Below are positions 1 to 11,704 of a stretch of DNA of 63,161 bases, in pieces. Below the pieces are notes generated by a model. That model was not told the DNA's origin, searched no databases, and saw nothing but the letters and a program-made list of their open reading frames with translations. Both the position numbers and the translations under genes were made by a program. Location: the sequence record DRR378314_1692. One strand, given 5' to 3'. Position 1 is the stretch's first letter; every line of letters starts with the position of its first letter.

Positions 1-1
1 C

Positions 2-157
2 CTGCTGTTCATCAACGCGATCCAGTTCGTGGATATCCCCGTGATGGCGGCGTATCTGATGCTGATCTCGGTGATGTTTGTGACGATCAACCTGATTGTC
101 GATCTTCTATACTATGCCATTGACCCGCGCCTGCGTGTCGACGCGAGGGCCACATGA
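2..157 (+). CDS. Peptide/nickel ABC transporter permease (DppB/OppB-like), 3' fragment truncated by the window edge
   Basis: Frame from base 2 reads LLFINAIQFVDIPVMAAYLMLISVMFVTINLIVDLLYYAIDPRLRVDARAT*, the typical 'NLIVDLLY..IDPR' DppB C-terminus. Its stop overlaps the next ATG (ATGA 154-157). Confidence 0.9.
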   Translation: MLFINAIQFVDIPVMAAYLMLISVMFVTINLIVDLLYYAIDPRLRVDARAT

Positions 158-1104
158 CCGAAACAATGGAAACCCCGAAAGCCGCGCCCAAGTCGCGCAT
201 GGCCAAATTCTGGGACAGTGATTTCGCCTGGTCGTTCCGGCATTCTCCGGTCGCGGTGATCGCGTCGCTGGTTGTGGTCGTTTTGTTGCTGGTCGCAGTT
301 TTTGCCCCGCTGATCGCGCCGCATAACCCCTTCGACCCGGCGACACTGAACCTGATGAACGGGTTCACGCCGCCCGGCACCCCCAATGCGTTCACGCAAG
401 AGACCTTCCTGCTGGGTACAGATGACCAAGGGCGCGATGTATTCTCGACCATTCTTTATGGTCTGCGCATATCGCTGTTCGTTGGCGTCTCTGCTGTGCT
501 TCTGGCGCTGATTATTGGCGTCATCCTCGGGTTAGTCGCGGCCTATTTCGGCGGCTGGATCGAGACTCTGATCATGAGGATCGCGGATGTTCAGCTGACA
601 TTCCCTGCCATTTTGGTCGCTATGCTGATCTTTGGGATCGCCAAAGGGATCACCCCGCCGGAATACCGCAACGAGATGGCGATCTACGTTCTCATAATCG
701 CGATTGCCCTGTCGGACTGGGTACAGTTTGCACGTGTGGTCCGTGGTGCAGCCTTGGTTGAGAAAAACAAGGAATATGTGCAGGCCGCGCGCCTGATCGG
801 GCGCGGATCGTTCCCGATCATGTTCCGTCACATTCTGCCGAATGTTCTCAGCCCGGTCTTGGTTATCGCCACCATCTCTCTGGCGCTGGCCATCATCGCC
901 GAGGCAACGCTGAGCTTTCTGGGTGTTGGCGCACCGCCGACCCAGCCGTCGCTTGGTACGCTCATTCGAATTGGACAGGGCTTCCTGTTCTCGGGCGAGT
1001 GGTGGATTCTATTCTTCCCTGCCTGCACGTTGTTGGCCCTTGCCTTGTCGGTCAACCTGTTGGGCGACTGGTTGCGCGATGCGCTGAACCCCAAACTGCG
1101 GTGA
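154..1104 (+). CDS. Peptide ABC transporter permease (DppC/OppC-like)
   Basis: LGTDDQGRD motif, EAA loop (EYVQAARLIG), 'GDWLRDALNPK' C-terminus, several TM helices. Confidence 0.93.
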   Translation: MTETMETPKAAPKSRMAKFWDSDFAWSFRHSPVAVIASLVVVVLLLVAVFAPLIAPHNPFDPATLNLMNGFTPPGTPNAFTQETFLLGTDDQGRDVFSTILYGLRISLFVGVSAVLLALIIGVILGLVAAYFGGWIETLIMRIADVQLTFPAILVAMLIFGIAKGITPPEYRNEMAIYVLIIAIALSDWVQFARVVRGAALVEKNKEYVQAARLIGRGSFPIMFRHILPNVLSPVLVIATISLALAIIAEATLSFLGVGAPPTQPSLGTLIRIGQGFLFSGEWWILFFPACTLLALALSVNLLGDWLRDALNPKLR

Positions 1105-1108
1105 TTTC

Positions 1109-2821
1109 ATGAGCCTTCTGACCATCCAAGACCTCACCGTAGAATTCCCGACCCGCCGCCAGCTGTTCACAGCGGTGGATCATGCCAGCCTGTCCGTTGA
1201 ACCCGGCGAAATCCACGGGCTCGTGGGGGAATCCGGCGCCGGTAAATCCACCATCGGTGCGGCTGTGATGGGCTTGCTGGAACGTCCCGGCCGCATCGCA
1301 AGCGGCCAGATCAAACTGGGCGGCGACCAGATCAGCGGGATCGATGCCGAGGCCATGCGTGGACTGCGCGGCAAGAAGATTTCGATGATCTTCCAGGATC
1401 CGCTGACCTCTCTGAATCCGCTATTTACAGTGCGCGAGCAACTGGTTGAGACGATCCAGGCCCATTTGGGAGGCTCGGAGGCGGAGGCAGGCAAACGCGC
1501 CCGTGACCTGATTGACCGCGTGGGCATCCCCGATCCGGATACGCGTCTTGATCAATACCCGCACCAGTTCTCGGGCGGGATGCGGCAGCGCGTGGTGATC
1601 GCCCTAGCCTTGTGCACAGAGCCGGATGTGATCATAGCGGATGAGCCCACCACGGCATTGGATGTTTCAGTTCAGGCGCAGATTCTGGGCCTGATCAAAG
1701 AGTTGGCGCAAGAGCGTCAGGTCGGTGTCATCCTGATTACCCATGATATGGGCGTGATCGCAGATACCACTGATCGGGTGACCGTGATGTATGCGGGCAA
1801 GGTTGTCGAAAGTGGCACCACCGCGCAAGTAATGGGCCAGCCACAGCACGAATACACCAAGTCTCTGATCGCCGCCGTGCCGCGCCCAACGCTAAAGTTG
1901 CACAGGTTCCCGCAGATCAGTTATGGCGGTCGCGAAACGCGGTTTGCCATCGAGGATATGGCGCGCCACTGGCCCAAAGTAGACAACGACACCAGCAAAC
2001 CGGTCCTTGAAATCCGCAACCTGACCAAGAAGTTCCTGCAGCGGCGCGGGTTGCTGCCATGGGACCGGACCTATTTCACAGCCGTCGACGAGGTCAGCTT
2101 TGATATTCAGGCCGGAGAGGTTTTTGGGGTTGTGGGTGAGTCCGGCTCGGGCAAATCCACCGTCGCGCGGATGATCGCAGGGCTATATCCCGTGGACGGA
2201 GGCACAATTGATTTTCAGGGCAAGCGGGTCAGTGATCTGAGAAACCGCGCCGTTCAGGACGAATACCGCAAGAACATCCAGATGATCTTTCAGGATCCGT
2301 ATTCTTCGCTCAACCCCCGAATGCGGGTGGATGAGATCGTTGCCGAACCCATCCGACATCACCGCCTTATGGATCGCGCAGACATCAAACGCCGGGTGGA
2401 CGAACTGCTGGATCAAGTGGGGCTGGGCCACGAAGCCGGGTTGAAATACCCACATGAGTTCTCGGGTGGTCAAAGACAGCGGATCTCGATTGCCCGCGCG
2501 CTGGCTACCCAGCCCCGTTTTCTGATCTGCGATGAGCCAACCAGCGCACTGGATGTTTCGATTCAGGCACAGATTCTGAACATCTTGAAAGATTTGCAGG
2601 AACATCTGGGCCTGACGATGCTGTTCATCAGTCACGACCTGCCGGTGGTACGCCAGATGTGTGACCGGGTGGCCGTGATGAAGCAGGGCCAGATCGTTGA
2701 GGTTCAGGAAACCAGCGATCTGTTTTCCAATCCTCAGACCGAATACGCACAGGAATTACTTAGGCTGATGCCACAGCTTGATGATCTGTCGACCGATGGT
2801 CTGGGAATGGAAGCAGAATAA
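1109..2821 (+). CDS. Peptide ABC transporter ATP-binding protein with two fused NBDs (DppD/F-like)
   Basis: Two Walker A motifs ([16 protein letters not shown]), two signatures ([16 protein letters not shown]), two DEPT Walker B motifs. Confidence 0.95.
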   Translation: MSLLTIQDLTVEFPTRRQLFTAVDHASLSVEPGEIHGLVGESGAGKSTIGAAVMGLLERPGRIASGQIKLGGDQISGIDAEAMRGLRGKKISMIFQDPLTSLNPLFTVREQLVETIQAHLGGSEAEAGKRARDLIDRVGIPDPDTRLDQYPHQFSGGMRQRVVIALALCTEPDVIIADEPTTALDVSVQAQILGLIKELAQERQVGVILITHDMGVIADTTDRVTVMYAGKVVESGTTAQVMGQPQHEYTKSLIAAVPRPTLKLHRFPQISYGGRETRFAIEDMARHWPKVDNDTSKPVLEIRNLTKKFLQRRGLLPWDRTYFTAVDEVSFDIQAGEVFGVVGESGSGKSTVARMIAGLYPVDGGTIDFQGKRVSDLRNRAVQDEYRKNIQMIFQDPYSSLNPRMRVDEIVAEPIRHHRLMDRADIKRRVDELLDQVGLGHEAGLKYPHEFSGGQRQRISIARALATQPRFLICDEPTSALDVSIQAQILNILKDLQEHLGLTMLFISHDLPVVRQMCDRVAVMKQGQIVEVQETSDLFSNPQTEYAQELLRLMPQLDDLSTDGLGMEAE

Positions 2822-2857
2822 AAACCACTCGGGCCCTTCTGAACGGCTTGTTCTTGT

Positions 2858-3595
2858 TTACCGATCTTGTTCGAAAGAACGGAATTCGGTCGCGATTGCC
2901 ATTGCTGCAACGGACAGCAGACGTTTTCCATCTTCCGGGGTGGCCAAGGCTGAATGTGATCCGACGCGCCCATCTGGAAAGTCTTTACGGTGTTCCTCAG
3001 GCGGTCCGTGTCGGTCTCCTGCATGATCACGCACGAATTCGGCGCTGAGCTTCTTGGGCGGTTCAGAAGCTTGATTGGCGGGTAACGCACCCAGCAGAGA
3101 TTGTGTGATTGCAATCTCGGAAGGCGTCGCATGCATCCCTTCCCATTCGCCATAAAGCTGTTGGCGCATTGTGTTTACAGCGGTCGGCTCCCACCAACTG
3201 CGGATCATCAGTTGATTGTCGGAAAGGGCTGCCTCGATCTTGCGAAGCGGTTCCAGATTGGCGCCATGGCCGTTCACCACGAACACACCCTTGAAACCTT
3301 GTGCCAGTAGCCCGGTGATGACTTCATTTGCCATTACCTGGAAGGTTTCGGCCGAAATCGAAACCGTACCGGGGAACCCGGTATTGAAAGGTGCAGGCGT
3401 ATAGGCCAGCGGGGGTGCAACTATACCCCCGCATCGTTCGGCTGCGGCAAGCGCCACCGCTTCGGCACAAATCGTGTCCGTACCAATCCGACCCATCGGC
3501 CCATGCTGTTCGGTTGAACCAACGGGCAGCAAAACCGCAGCGCCCGCGTTGATACGGGCGTCAACCTCATACCAGGTCATATGATCAAGCTTCAT
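2858..3595 (-). CDS. Creatininase/mycofactocin-peptidase family amidohydrolase
   Basis: Family motifs PVGSTEQHGP, D(T), NGHGAN, HA..SE. Confidence 0.9.
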   Translation of the reverse strand: MKLDHMTWYEVDARINAGAAVLLPVGSTEQHGPMGRIGTDTICAEAVALAAAERCGGIVAPPLAYTPAPFNTGFPGTVSISAETFQVMANEVITGLLAQGFKGVFVVNGHGANLEPLRKIEAALSDNQLMIRSWWEPTAVNTMRQQLYGEWEGMHATPSEIAITQSLLGALPANQASEPPKKLSAEFVRDHAGDRHGPPEEHRKDFPDGRVGSHSALATPEDGKRLLSVAAMAIATEFRSFEQDR

Positions 3596-3640
3596 ATTTT
3601 AAGTCCGAGCATTGATCTGTGTTGTTGGCAACAGCCCGGA

Positions 3641-4411
3641 TCAGAGACCCCACCGCTCTTGGTTCTCGACAAAGAAGCCCTGAGCTTTTTTCACTTCGAT
3701 CCAGCTGTTTACATAGTTGATCCAGACCTGATCATCCTGTGGCAACAACATAGCGATCGGTGACGGCGATCGGGGACCGGCGTTCTTCACGCGAACAACC
3801 GGGAATTTGGCTTCAAGCGTCGAACCTTCGATATTTGACGTTATGAACACGTCTGCCCGACCAGCCAGTACTTCCTGAAAACCACGCGCCGGAGCTTCGA
3901 CCACTTTGATATCAGCATTCGGGAACCACTCGCGCACGCGTTTCTCAAAGGTCGTCCCCAGTGTTGTCGCAACCTTCACGCCAGGTTGGTTGATCGACTC
4001 GTATCCGTCGAATTTGTCGGCCTTGTCTTTGATCGTGTAGGGGAACAGCTCAACAGCGATGTAGCTGTCAGAGAATCCGGCCACTTTCATGCGTGGCGGT
4101 GAAATCGAAGCCGAGCCGGTGATGTGGTACTTGCCCGCAACCACCCCATTGACCAGAGTTTTCCAATCTGTTGGGACATACTCAACCTCGACACCCAGAT
4201 CCGCAGCCATCGCGTTCATGATATCGATGTCGTACCCTTTGTAACTGTTGGTCGCCGGATCGCGCAGAGACATTGGATTCCAGTCGCCCGTTGTACCGAC
4301 TTTCAGCACACCAGAGTCCAGGATTTCGTTCAGCGCCGATTGGGCCTGAACTGCGCTGCCGAGCGCAAGGCCAAGCGCTGCAGCGATTGCGACTTTGAAT
4401 AAATGTTTCAT
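3641..4411 (-). CDS. Periplasmic solute-binding protein, family 3 (PheC/cyclohexadienyl dehydratase-like clade)
   Basis: Signal peptide ending AVQA; GVLKVGTTGDW, GYDIDI, VPTDW, INQPGV and 'YVNSWI' segments resemble PheC-like SBPs. Divergent from an ABC ATPase and permease. Confidence 0.88.
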   Translation of the reverse strand: MKHLFKVAIAAALGLALGSAVQAQSALNEILDSGVLKVGTTGDWNPMSLRDPATNSYKGYDIDIMNAMAADLGVEVEYVPTDWKTLVNGVVAGKYHITGSASISPPRMKVAGFSDSYIAVELFPYTIKDKADKFDGYESINQPGVKVATTLGTTFEKRVREWFPNADIKVVEAPARGFQEVLAGRADVFITSNIEGSTLEAKFPVVRVKNAGPRSPSPIAMLLPQDDQVWINYVNSWIEVKKAQGFFVENQERWGL

Positions 4412-4531
4412 GTATTTCTCCTGTTGGTGGCGTTTGGCATTTACCAGCTAGATTGTTCCTTGATCTAAACGCAAAGACCACGGTAACCTCAAGAAAATAA
4501 TTGACTGAGAATAACAAGGGCAGGTCATCTG

Positions 4532-5272
4532 ATGCCAGACGCCGCAATCGAGCTAGTCGATGTGAACAAATGGTATGGCACGTTTCATGTGCTAAAAGAC
4601 ATCAATCTGACGATCAGCAGCGGCGAAAAGGTGGTAATCTGCGGCCCCTCGGGTTCCGGGAAATCCACTGTTGTAAGATGTATCAACAAGCTTGAAAAAC
4701 ACCAGAAAGGCACGATCCGTATAGACGGGGTTGAGCTAACGGACGACGCCAATTCCGTCGCCACGATCCGATCAGAGGTCGGTATGGTCTTCCAGCAGTT
4801 CAACCTGTTTCCGCATTTAACGGTGTTGGAAAATCTGACCCTTGGTCCGATCAAGGCACGCGGGCTAAGCCGCAAGGAAGCCGAAGAAAAAGCCCGTCAC
4901 TACCTTGAGCGGGTTCACATTCCGGATCAGGCAGAAAAACGACCACTTCAACTTTCGGGTGGGCAACAGCAGCGTGTGGCGATCGCGCGTTCGCTATGCA
5001 TGGAGCCGCGCGTTTTGTTGTTTGACGAACCCACTTCTGCACTGGACCCCGAGATGATTTCCGAGGTTCTCGACGTGATGGTGGAGCTGGCGCAGGAAGG
5101 TATGACCATGGTGGTTGTCACCCACGAGATGGGCTTTGCGCGCAAAGTTGCAGACAACATGGTGTTCATGGATGCGGGTGAGATCGTCGAACAGGGCAAG
5201 CCAGAGCATTTCTTCACCAACCCACGATCTGAGCGGTGCCAGAAGTTTCTAAGCCAGATACTGCAGCATTGA
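4532..5272 (+). CDS. Polar amino-acid ABC transporter ATP-binding protein (GlnQ-like)
   Basis: [47 protein letters not shown]. Confidence 0.95.
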   Translation: MPDAAIELVDVNKWYGTFHVLKDINLTISSGEKVVICGPSGSGKSTVVRCINKLEKHQKGTIRIDGVELTDDANSVATIRSEVGMVFQQFNLFPHLTVLENLTLGPIKARGLSRKEAEEKARHYLERVHIPDQAEKRPLQLSGGQQQRVAIARSLCMEPRVLLFDEPTSALDPEMISEVLDVMVELAQEGMTMVVVTHEMGFARKVADNMVFMDAGEIVEQGKPEHFFTNPRSERCQKFLSQILQH

Positions 5273-5282
5273 GTTGGATAAG

Positions 5283-6044
5283 ATGAAAAAAGCATTTCTG
5301 TTTCTCCCCCTCTTCCTTCTTGCAGCAGGGTGTTCGTCCTCGCAGACTTGGGGTTGGTATGTGATCAACCCGACCACGGAGTCAGGCTGGACCAACATCA
5401 AGTTCCTGATTTCGGGGATGGGCGCCACGATCCAGATCTCGTTAATCGCTGCGGTATTGTCGATCGTTATTGGCCTGTTAGTGGCGTTGCCGGGTCTGGC
5501 CGAAAGCCGCGGGTGGCGATTGGTGAACCGTATCTACGTGGAATTCGTCCGCTCAATTCCCCTGCTGCCGATGCTGTTCTGGGTGTTTTACGGCCTGCCC
5601 ATCGTCTTTCAGTCGATGGGTATGAACATACCGATCGATCCATTCTGGGGTGCGATCATCACGCTTGCAATCTCGGACAGCGCCTTTACCGCCGAGATCT
5701 ACCGAGCAGGCATTCAATCTATTGCCAAGGGCCAAAGTGAAGCGGCCCAAACCATAGGCCTGAATTACTTTCAGACAATGCGCTACGTGATCCTGCCACA
5801 GGCCATCCGACGCATTCTGCCGCCTTTGGCCAATCAGTTCATCTACGTCGTGAAGATGAGTGCTTTTGCCAGTGTCATCGGTATGCAGGAACTGACACGG
5901 CGTGCAAACGAGCTAGTGGTCACAGAATATCGTCCGCTTGAGATCTATACCTTGTTGGTCTTCGAATACCTGGTGCTCGTTCTGATCATTAGCGCTGGGG
6001 TACGCTGGCTGGAACGCCGTATGGGTGCAGATGAGCGCGGATAA
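5283..6044 (+). CDS. Polar amino-acid ABC transporter permease (HisM/GlnP-like)
   Basis: YVEFVRSIPLL, AEIYRAGIQSI..GQSEAA, ILPQAIRRILP. Start placed at ATG 5283 (the ORF track uses TTG 5274). Confidence 0.92.
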   Translation: MKKAFLFLPLFLLAAGCSSSQTWGWYVINPTTESGWTNIKFLISGMGATIQISLIAAVLSIVIGLLVALPGLAESRGWRLVNRIYVEFVRSIPLLPMLFWVFYGLPIVFQSMGMNIPIDPFWGAIITLAISDSAFTAEIYRAGIQSIAKGQSEAAQTIGLNYFQTMRYVILPQAIRRILPPLANQFIYVVKMSAFASVIGMQELTRRANELVVTEYRPLEIYTLLVFEYLVLVLIISAGVRWLERRMGADERG

Positions 6045-6054
6045 GGAGAATCCA

Positions 6055-6390
6055 ATGGATTGGAAAGAGTTCATGGCCGAGACCGAGGCCAACATGGGAG
6101 CATTTTCGAAAGAGGTGCCCGAAACAGTACGTGGCTTTGGTATCATGGGCAAAGCCGCCAAATCGAATGGAGCGCTGAGCGAGAAGACCAAGGAATTCAT
6201 GGCGCTCGGTATTGCCATCGCTACGCGCTGCGACAGCTGCATTGGCTTCCACGTCCGCTCTCTGGTCCGACTTGGTACAACCCGAGAAGAGCTATGCGAA
6301 GCGCTGGCGATGGCCACCTATATGGGGGGAGGTCCCTCTTACGCATACAGCGCGAAGGCGCTGAAGGCTTTTGACGTGTTCTCACAGTAA
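6055..6390 (+). CDS. Carboxymuconolactone decarboxylase/AhpD-like protein
   Basis: GALSEKTKEFMAL..RCDSCIGFH (CxxC), MGGGP. AGGAG RBS precedes ATG 6055. Confidence 0.9.
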   Translation: MDWKEFMAETEANMGAFSKEVPETVRGFGIMGKAAKSNGALSEKTKEFMALGIAIATRCDSCIGFHVRSLVRLGTTREELCEALAMATYMGGGPSYAYSAKALKAFDVFSQ

Positions 6391-6702
6391 AAGGCCTGAA
6401 TTCGAAGATTACTTCGCGCGGCTCTCGTGTATCCGGGTCGTGGCCCAAGGAAGTTAGGGCAGCCAATTGCCTCCGGCACCTTAGGCAATCGTGTCAAAGC
6501 AGGGTTGTTGGGGCCATGAGTTCTTTGCGAATGTCAAAACCTGCTTCTTCCGCCGACCAGTTCATATCCGGCTGGAAATTCGCATGACCTTCTTCGTTCT
6601 TTGTAGTCAAACCGGAAAATGACGGCTTGAGCCGCAAGACGGTAGGCGTCATACGTGCCCCAGGACGTACGTCCCAAGCACGGACAACAAGGAAACAGCC
6701 TC

Positions 6703-7716
6703 ATGCAAAAGGTTCTGATCACAGGTACCGCTGGATTTATCGGCTTTCATCTTGCCAACCTTTTGCTCGAAAACGGGAAACGAGTTCACGGCTACGACGG
6801 GATGACGGATTACTATGATGTCCGCCTCAAGCAGAGCCGACATGCGCTGTTGCTGGAAAACCCGAATTTCTCATGCGATGAGGGCATGTTGGAAGACACA
6901 GCCTTGTTCGACAAGATGGCCGATGCGTTTGAACCGGATGTGATCATCCACCTCGCAGCCCAGGCTGGCGTTCGGTACAGCCTGGAAAATCCGCGTGCCT
7001 ATGTCGAAAGCAATGTCATAGGGACATTCAACGTGATGGAAGCGGCGCGGCGTCATAAAGTACAACATCTGCTGATGGCATCCACCTCGTCGATCTACGG
7101 GGCCAATCCCGATATGCCCTTCGACGAATGCGAAAAAGCGGATCATCAACTGACTATGTATGCCGCCACCAAAAAGGCAAACGAAGCCATGGGGCATTCC
7201 TATGCACATCTGTGGGATCTGCCGACAACCATGTTCCGCTTCTTCACGGTCTATGGCCCGTGGGGGCGCCCGGACCTTGCGTTCTTCAAGTTCACGGATG
7301 CGATCCTCGAGGACCGCCCGATTGACATATACAACCACGGCGACATGTATCGCGACTTCACCTATGTAGATGATCTGGTGCGGGCTATCTCTCTGCTGAT
7401 CGATGTTGTCCCGGTTCGCCCCAAGACGCCAGAAGACATTGCCGAAGGTGACAGCCTAAGCCCCGTTGCGCCATATCGCATTGTGAACATTGGAAATTCG
7501 GGCAAAGTGCGCTTATTGGACTTCATTGATGCAATCGAAGAAAGCCTGGGCAAGCCCGCGATCCGAAATTATATGGAAATGCAACTGGGCGACGTGCCTG
7601 CGACTTGGGCCAATGCAGAATTGTTGCACCGACTGACAGGATATCGCCCTAAAACCGAGATAAAGGATGGCATCCAGGCCTTTGTGGACTGGTATCGAGC
7701 ATATTACGGTAGATAG
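6703..7716 (+). CDS. NAD-dependent UDP-uronate 4-epimerase (LpsL/Uge-like extended SDR)
   Basis: GTAGFIG, HLAAQAGVRYS, YAATK (YxxxK), FTVYGPWGRPD, RDFTYVDD. Start placed at ATG 6703. Confidence 0.92.
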   Translation: MQKVLITGTAGFIGFHLANLLLENGKRVHGYDGMTDYYDVRLKQSRHALLLENPNFSCDEGMLEDTALFDKMADAFEPDVIIHLAAQAGVRYSLENPRAYVESNVIGTFNVMEAARRHKVQHLLMASTSSIYGANPDMPFDECEKADHQLTMYAATKKANEAMGHSYAHLWDLPTTMFRFFTVYGPWGRPDLAFFKFTDAILEDRPIDIYNHGDMYRDFTYVDDLVRAISLLIDVVPVRPKTPEDIAEGDSLSPVAPYRIVNIGNSGKVRLLDFIDAIEESLGKPAIRNYMEMQLGDVPATWANAELLHRLTGYRPKTEIKDGIQAFVDWYRAYYGR

Positions 7717-7792
7717 AGCCCGCAGAGTGGTCGAAGCCTGAATCTGCACGCCTTCTGAAAGAATAAATCGTTTTCTGGGAAATCGACAGCAA

Positions 7793-8875
7793 TCAGATTG
7801 CTTGTTTCAGAGCCTCGATGATCTGTTGTTGCGTTTTTTCCTGCAGATAAGGGTGCATCGGCAGGCTGATCACACTTGCGGCAGCCTGATCCCCCAGGGG
7901 CAGATCAGCATTGGGGTCAGATACAGCAGGTTGCTTGTTCAATGGCAGCGGATAGTGCACTGCGGTTGGAACGCCTGCGTCCTTGAGCCTGGCCTGCACG
8001 TCCTCGCGTTTGTCCACGCGAATCGTATATTGCGCCCATGCACTGGTGGCCCCGTCCATCAGTGCCGGAGCCGCAATGTTGGTATCCCTCAACAATGATT
8101 TATAACGGTCGGCAACCGTGTTTCGTAAAGCCAACTCATCTTCAAAAACATCAAGTTTGCACAGCAAGATTGCGGCTTGTAGCGTGTCTAGACGACTATT
8201 TACCCCCACCCTGATATGGTGATAACGCCGATCCTGCCCGTGTCGAGCAATCTGGCGAAGAATAATGCTCAGCTCATCATCCGAGGTGAAAATGGCACCG
8301 CCATCTCCATAACAGCCGAGGGGCTTCGATGGGAAAAAGCTCGTGCAGGAAATCGTTGACAGGTTCCCTGACCGTTTGCCATGCAGCGAACCCCCAAAAC
8401 TTTGAGCGCCATCTTCTATAACCGGCAATCCGTGTGCCGAAGCCACTTCGTTTATACGTTCAAAATCAGCGGGTTGGCCATAAAGTGACACCGGAATAAT
8501 GGCTTTTGTTCGCGGCGTAATTGCGGCGTCTAACTTGTTGGGATCAAGATTATAGCTGGTTGGATCGATATCTACATAAACTGGCGTTGCGCCCAGCAGT
8601 CTGACGGCTTCGGCCGTGGCAATATATGAAAATCCGGGTGTGATGACTTCATCACCGGAACCAACCTCAAGTGCCATAAGGGCAATCTGCAAAGCATCCG
8701 TCCCGTTGGCACATGAGATGCAGTGCTTGGCACCAGTGAATGCCGCCAGTTTGCCTTCCAGTTCGGCAACTTCAGGACCAAGGATATATTTTCCGTGGGC
8801 CAACACCCGTGCAATACCGGCATCCACCCGATCTTTGATACGTTTTTGTTGTTCTGCTAAGTCAATAAACTGCAT
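7793..8875 (-). CDS. wbpE: DegT/DnrJ/EryC1/StrS aminotransferase, WbpE-like (UDP-3-keto-GlcNAcA aminotransferase)
   Basis: MQFIDL start, ANGTDAL, IEDGAQSFG, SFFPSKPLGCYGDGG (PLP Lys), GVNSRLDTLQAA. Adjacent to wbpB. Confidence 0.88.
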   Translation of the reverse strand: MQFIDLAEQQKRIKDRVDAGIARVLAHGKYILGPEVAELEGKLAAFTGAKHCISCANGTDALQIALMALEVGSGDEVITPGFSYIATAEAVRLLGATPVYVDIDPTSYNLDPNKLDAAITPRTKAIIPVSLYGQPADFERINEVASAHGLPVIEDGAQSFGGSLHGKRSGNLSTISCTSFFPSKPLGCYGDGGAIFTSDDELSIILRQIARHGQDRRYHHIRVGVNSRLDTLQAAILLCKLDVFEDELALRNTVADRYKSLLRDTNIAAPALMDGATSAWAQYTIRVDKREDVQARLKDAGVPTAVHYPLPLNKQPAVSDPNADLPLGDQAAASVISLPMHPYLQEKTQQQIIEALKQAI

Positions 8876-8917
8876 TGCTTCAAAACCGTCCTACCCGTTC
8901 AAGAATTTCTGGCCCGA

Positions 8918-9871
<954 letters not shown>

Positions 9872-10032
9872 TCAATGCTTCCCAAGTGCCCAATTAGTGC
9901 TTCTGCGCATCCAAGAATTTTGGCGGGAAGTCAATAGAGAGGACTTACAAAGCAACTTCAATCGCACTGGAAACCATAATCAACCTCTGCTAGAGCGATC
10001 CGGATTGTTAATCTAGATTGGTCTTCGCGCGC

Positions 10033-11535
10033 ATGTCAGGCATCCACGGAAAATCTCCCAAAACGGTTTTTTGTTTAACCTACCACGAGATAACGGCAGA
10101 TGCGCGCGTCCTGAAAGAGGCGCGTGCGGTTCGTTCGGCAGGGCACAATGTTCACATCTTTTGCGACTGGCCTGGGGGTTTGCCACAGAAAGACAATATC
10201 GATGGCATGCAGGTCACCCGGTTCAACTGGCAATCATCGGAGCGAATTACCGAAACTATGCTTGAGCGGTTCTTTTTCATAGATCGCGTATCCAGCGAAG
10301 TAAGGCAGCGCATAAAGCCATATATCGAGGCGGCCACACAACTGAACGCCCTCAAATCCAAATTTCGAACCTTCCTCTCTGACGAAGAATTACAGATACT
10401 CGACCCAATGTACTATAAGGACTGCAGTGGTCGAGAGCGTCGCACTCGAAAATCCAAGCACAAGCGATTGCTTTGGAAAACCAGAATCAAGTGTGGGTTC
10501 GGCGAGCGCCGACAAGAATTAAAGTCCTTCATGTGCAAAGCCCGAGAGGTCAGAGAGGGTTTTCATAACCTTTATCAGCTCGAATCGCTGATTTTCGCTG
10601 AAAACCTTTGCGGATTGGGATTTGATGACACGCCCGACATCATCCATGTTCATGATATCTATTGCCTCCCTGCAGGTGTGGTCCTTGCGAAGCAATTTCA
10701 AGCGAAACTTATCTACGACGCACATGAATATGAACCAGCACGGGCGACGAAAAACCCAACAAAAGGTACGAGTTTTGCAGAAAAACTAGAAGATGATTGT
10801 CTTCCCTTTGTTGACCAGATGATTACGGTCTCACCGTCGATTGCCGAGTATTATTCCCGACGTTTCAAGAACAGACCAACCCTTATCTTCAATGTGCCGG
10901 AAATCGATCCTGAATTCCTGTGCGACCTAGATGAGCAAGTCGTGGACTCTTTGTGCATCAGGGTCAATTCGGGTATCGCCAAAGATAAACCGCTTATTGT
11001 CTTTACGGGTGGTGTCCAGTCAGCTCATCGAGGATTGGACAAAGTACTTGAAGCACTCGTGATGTTGCCCGATGTGTATCTTGTTGCATTGGGGCCAAGA
11101 CATAAACGCGATGATAAATGGCTGTTGGATATAGCTCAGGACCTAGGCGTAGCTGATCGAGTCAAGTTGTTGCCACCCGTTTCCGCTGCTGATGTACCAG
11201 TGGCGATCAAATCTGCCGATGTAGCAATTTGCCCAATTCAGGATGCGTCGTTGAGCTATAGGTTTTCTATGCCGAATAAGCTTTTTGAAGCAGCGTTTGC
11301 CGGTCTGCCAATCTGTGTTTCCGACCTTCCCGATATGCGCGATTTCGTTGACAAACTGGGATTAGGAAGATCGATGGACCAAACGGACCCACAGTCTATC
11401 GCGATGGCGCTGCGGGACGTGCTTGAGCAACCTGAGCGTTTCAAACTCGCCACAGATATGGCCGAGCGCCTTTGGGCCGAGTATAGTTGGGCAGCACAAA
11501 CCAATAAGCTTAAGACACTATATGAAGGCATCTAG
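10033..11535 (+). CDS. Glycosyltransferase family 4 (GT-B)
   Basis: DARVLKEA, IHVHD, LIYDAHE, RGLD, PNKLFEA..AGLP. Start is ATG 10033 or TTG 10018. Confidence 0.88.
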   Translation: MSGIHGKSPKTVFCLTYHEITADARVLKEARAVRSAGHNVHIFCDWPGGLPQKDNIDGMQVTRFNWQSSERITETMLERFFFIDRVSSEVRQRIKPYIEAATQLNALKSKFRTFLSDEELQILDPMYYKDCSGRERRTRKSKHKRLLWKTRIKCGFGERRQELKSFMCKAREVREGFHNLYQLESLIFAENLCGLGFDDTPDIIHVHDIYCLPAGVVLAKQFQAKLIYDAHEYEPARATKNPTKGTSFAEKLEDDCLPFVDQMITVSPSIAEYYSRRFKNRPTLIFNVPEIDPEFLCDLDEQVVDSLCIRVNSGIAKDKPLIVFTGGVQSAHRGLDKVLEALVMLPDVYLVALGPRHKRDDKWLLDIAQDLGVADRVKLLPPVSAADVPVAIKSADVAICPIQDASLSYRFSMPNKLFEAAFAGLPICVSDLPDMRDFVDKLGLGRSMDQTDPQSIAMALRDVLEQPERFKLATDMAERLWAEYSWAAQTNKLKTLYEGI

Positions 11536-11704
11536 TTGCCGGTCCCGAGGCGGCAGAACGGACGTGTACTGGGATTGGACTAGATAGCCTTGTTTACATA
11601 ACTGCTTACCATTGCCCTTTTCCTCCAAGTGGCTATTAGAGGGTCAACCATGTAGCGCGATCATGCAGCTGGAAAATCAACGAATTTCATACGGCACGCA
11701 AATT

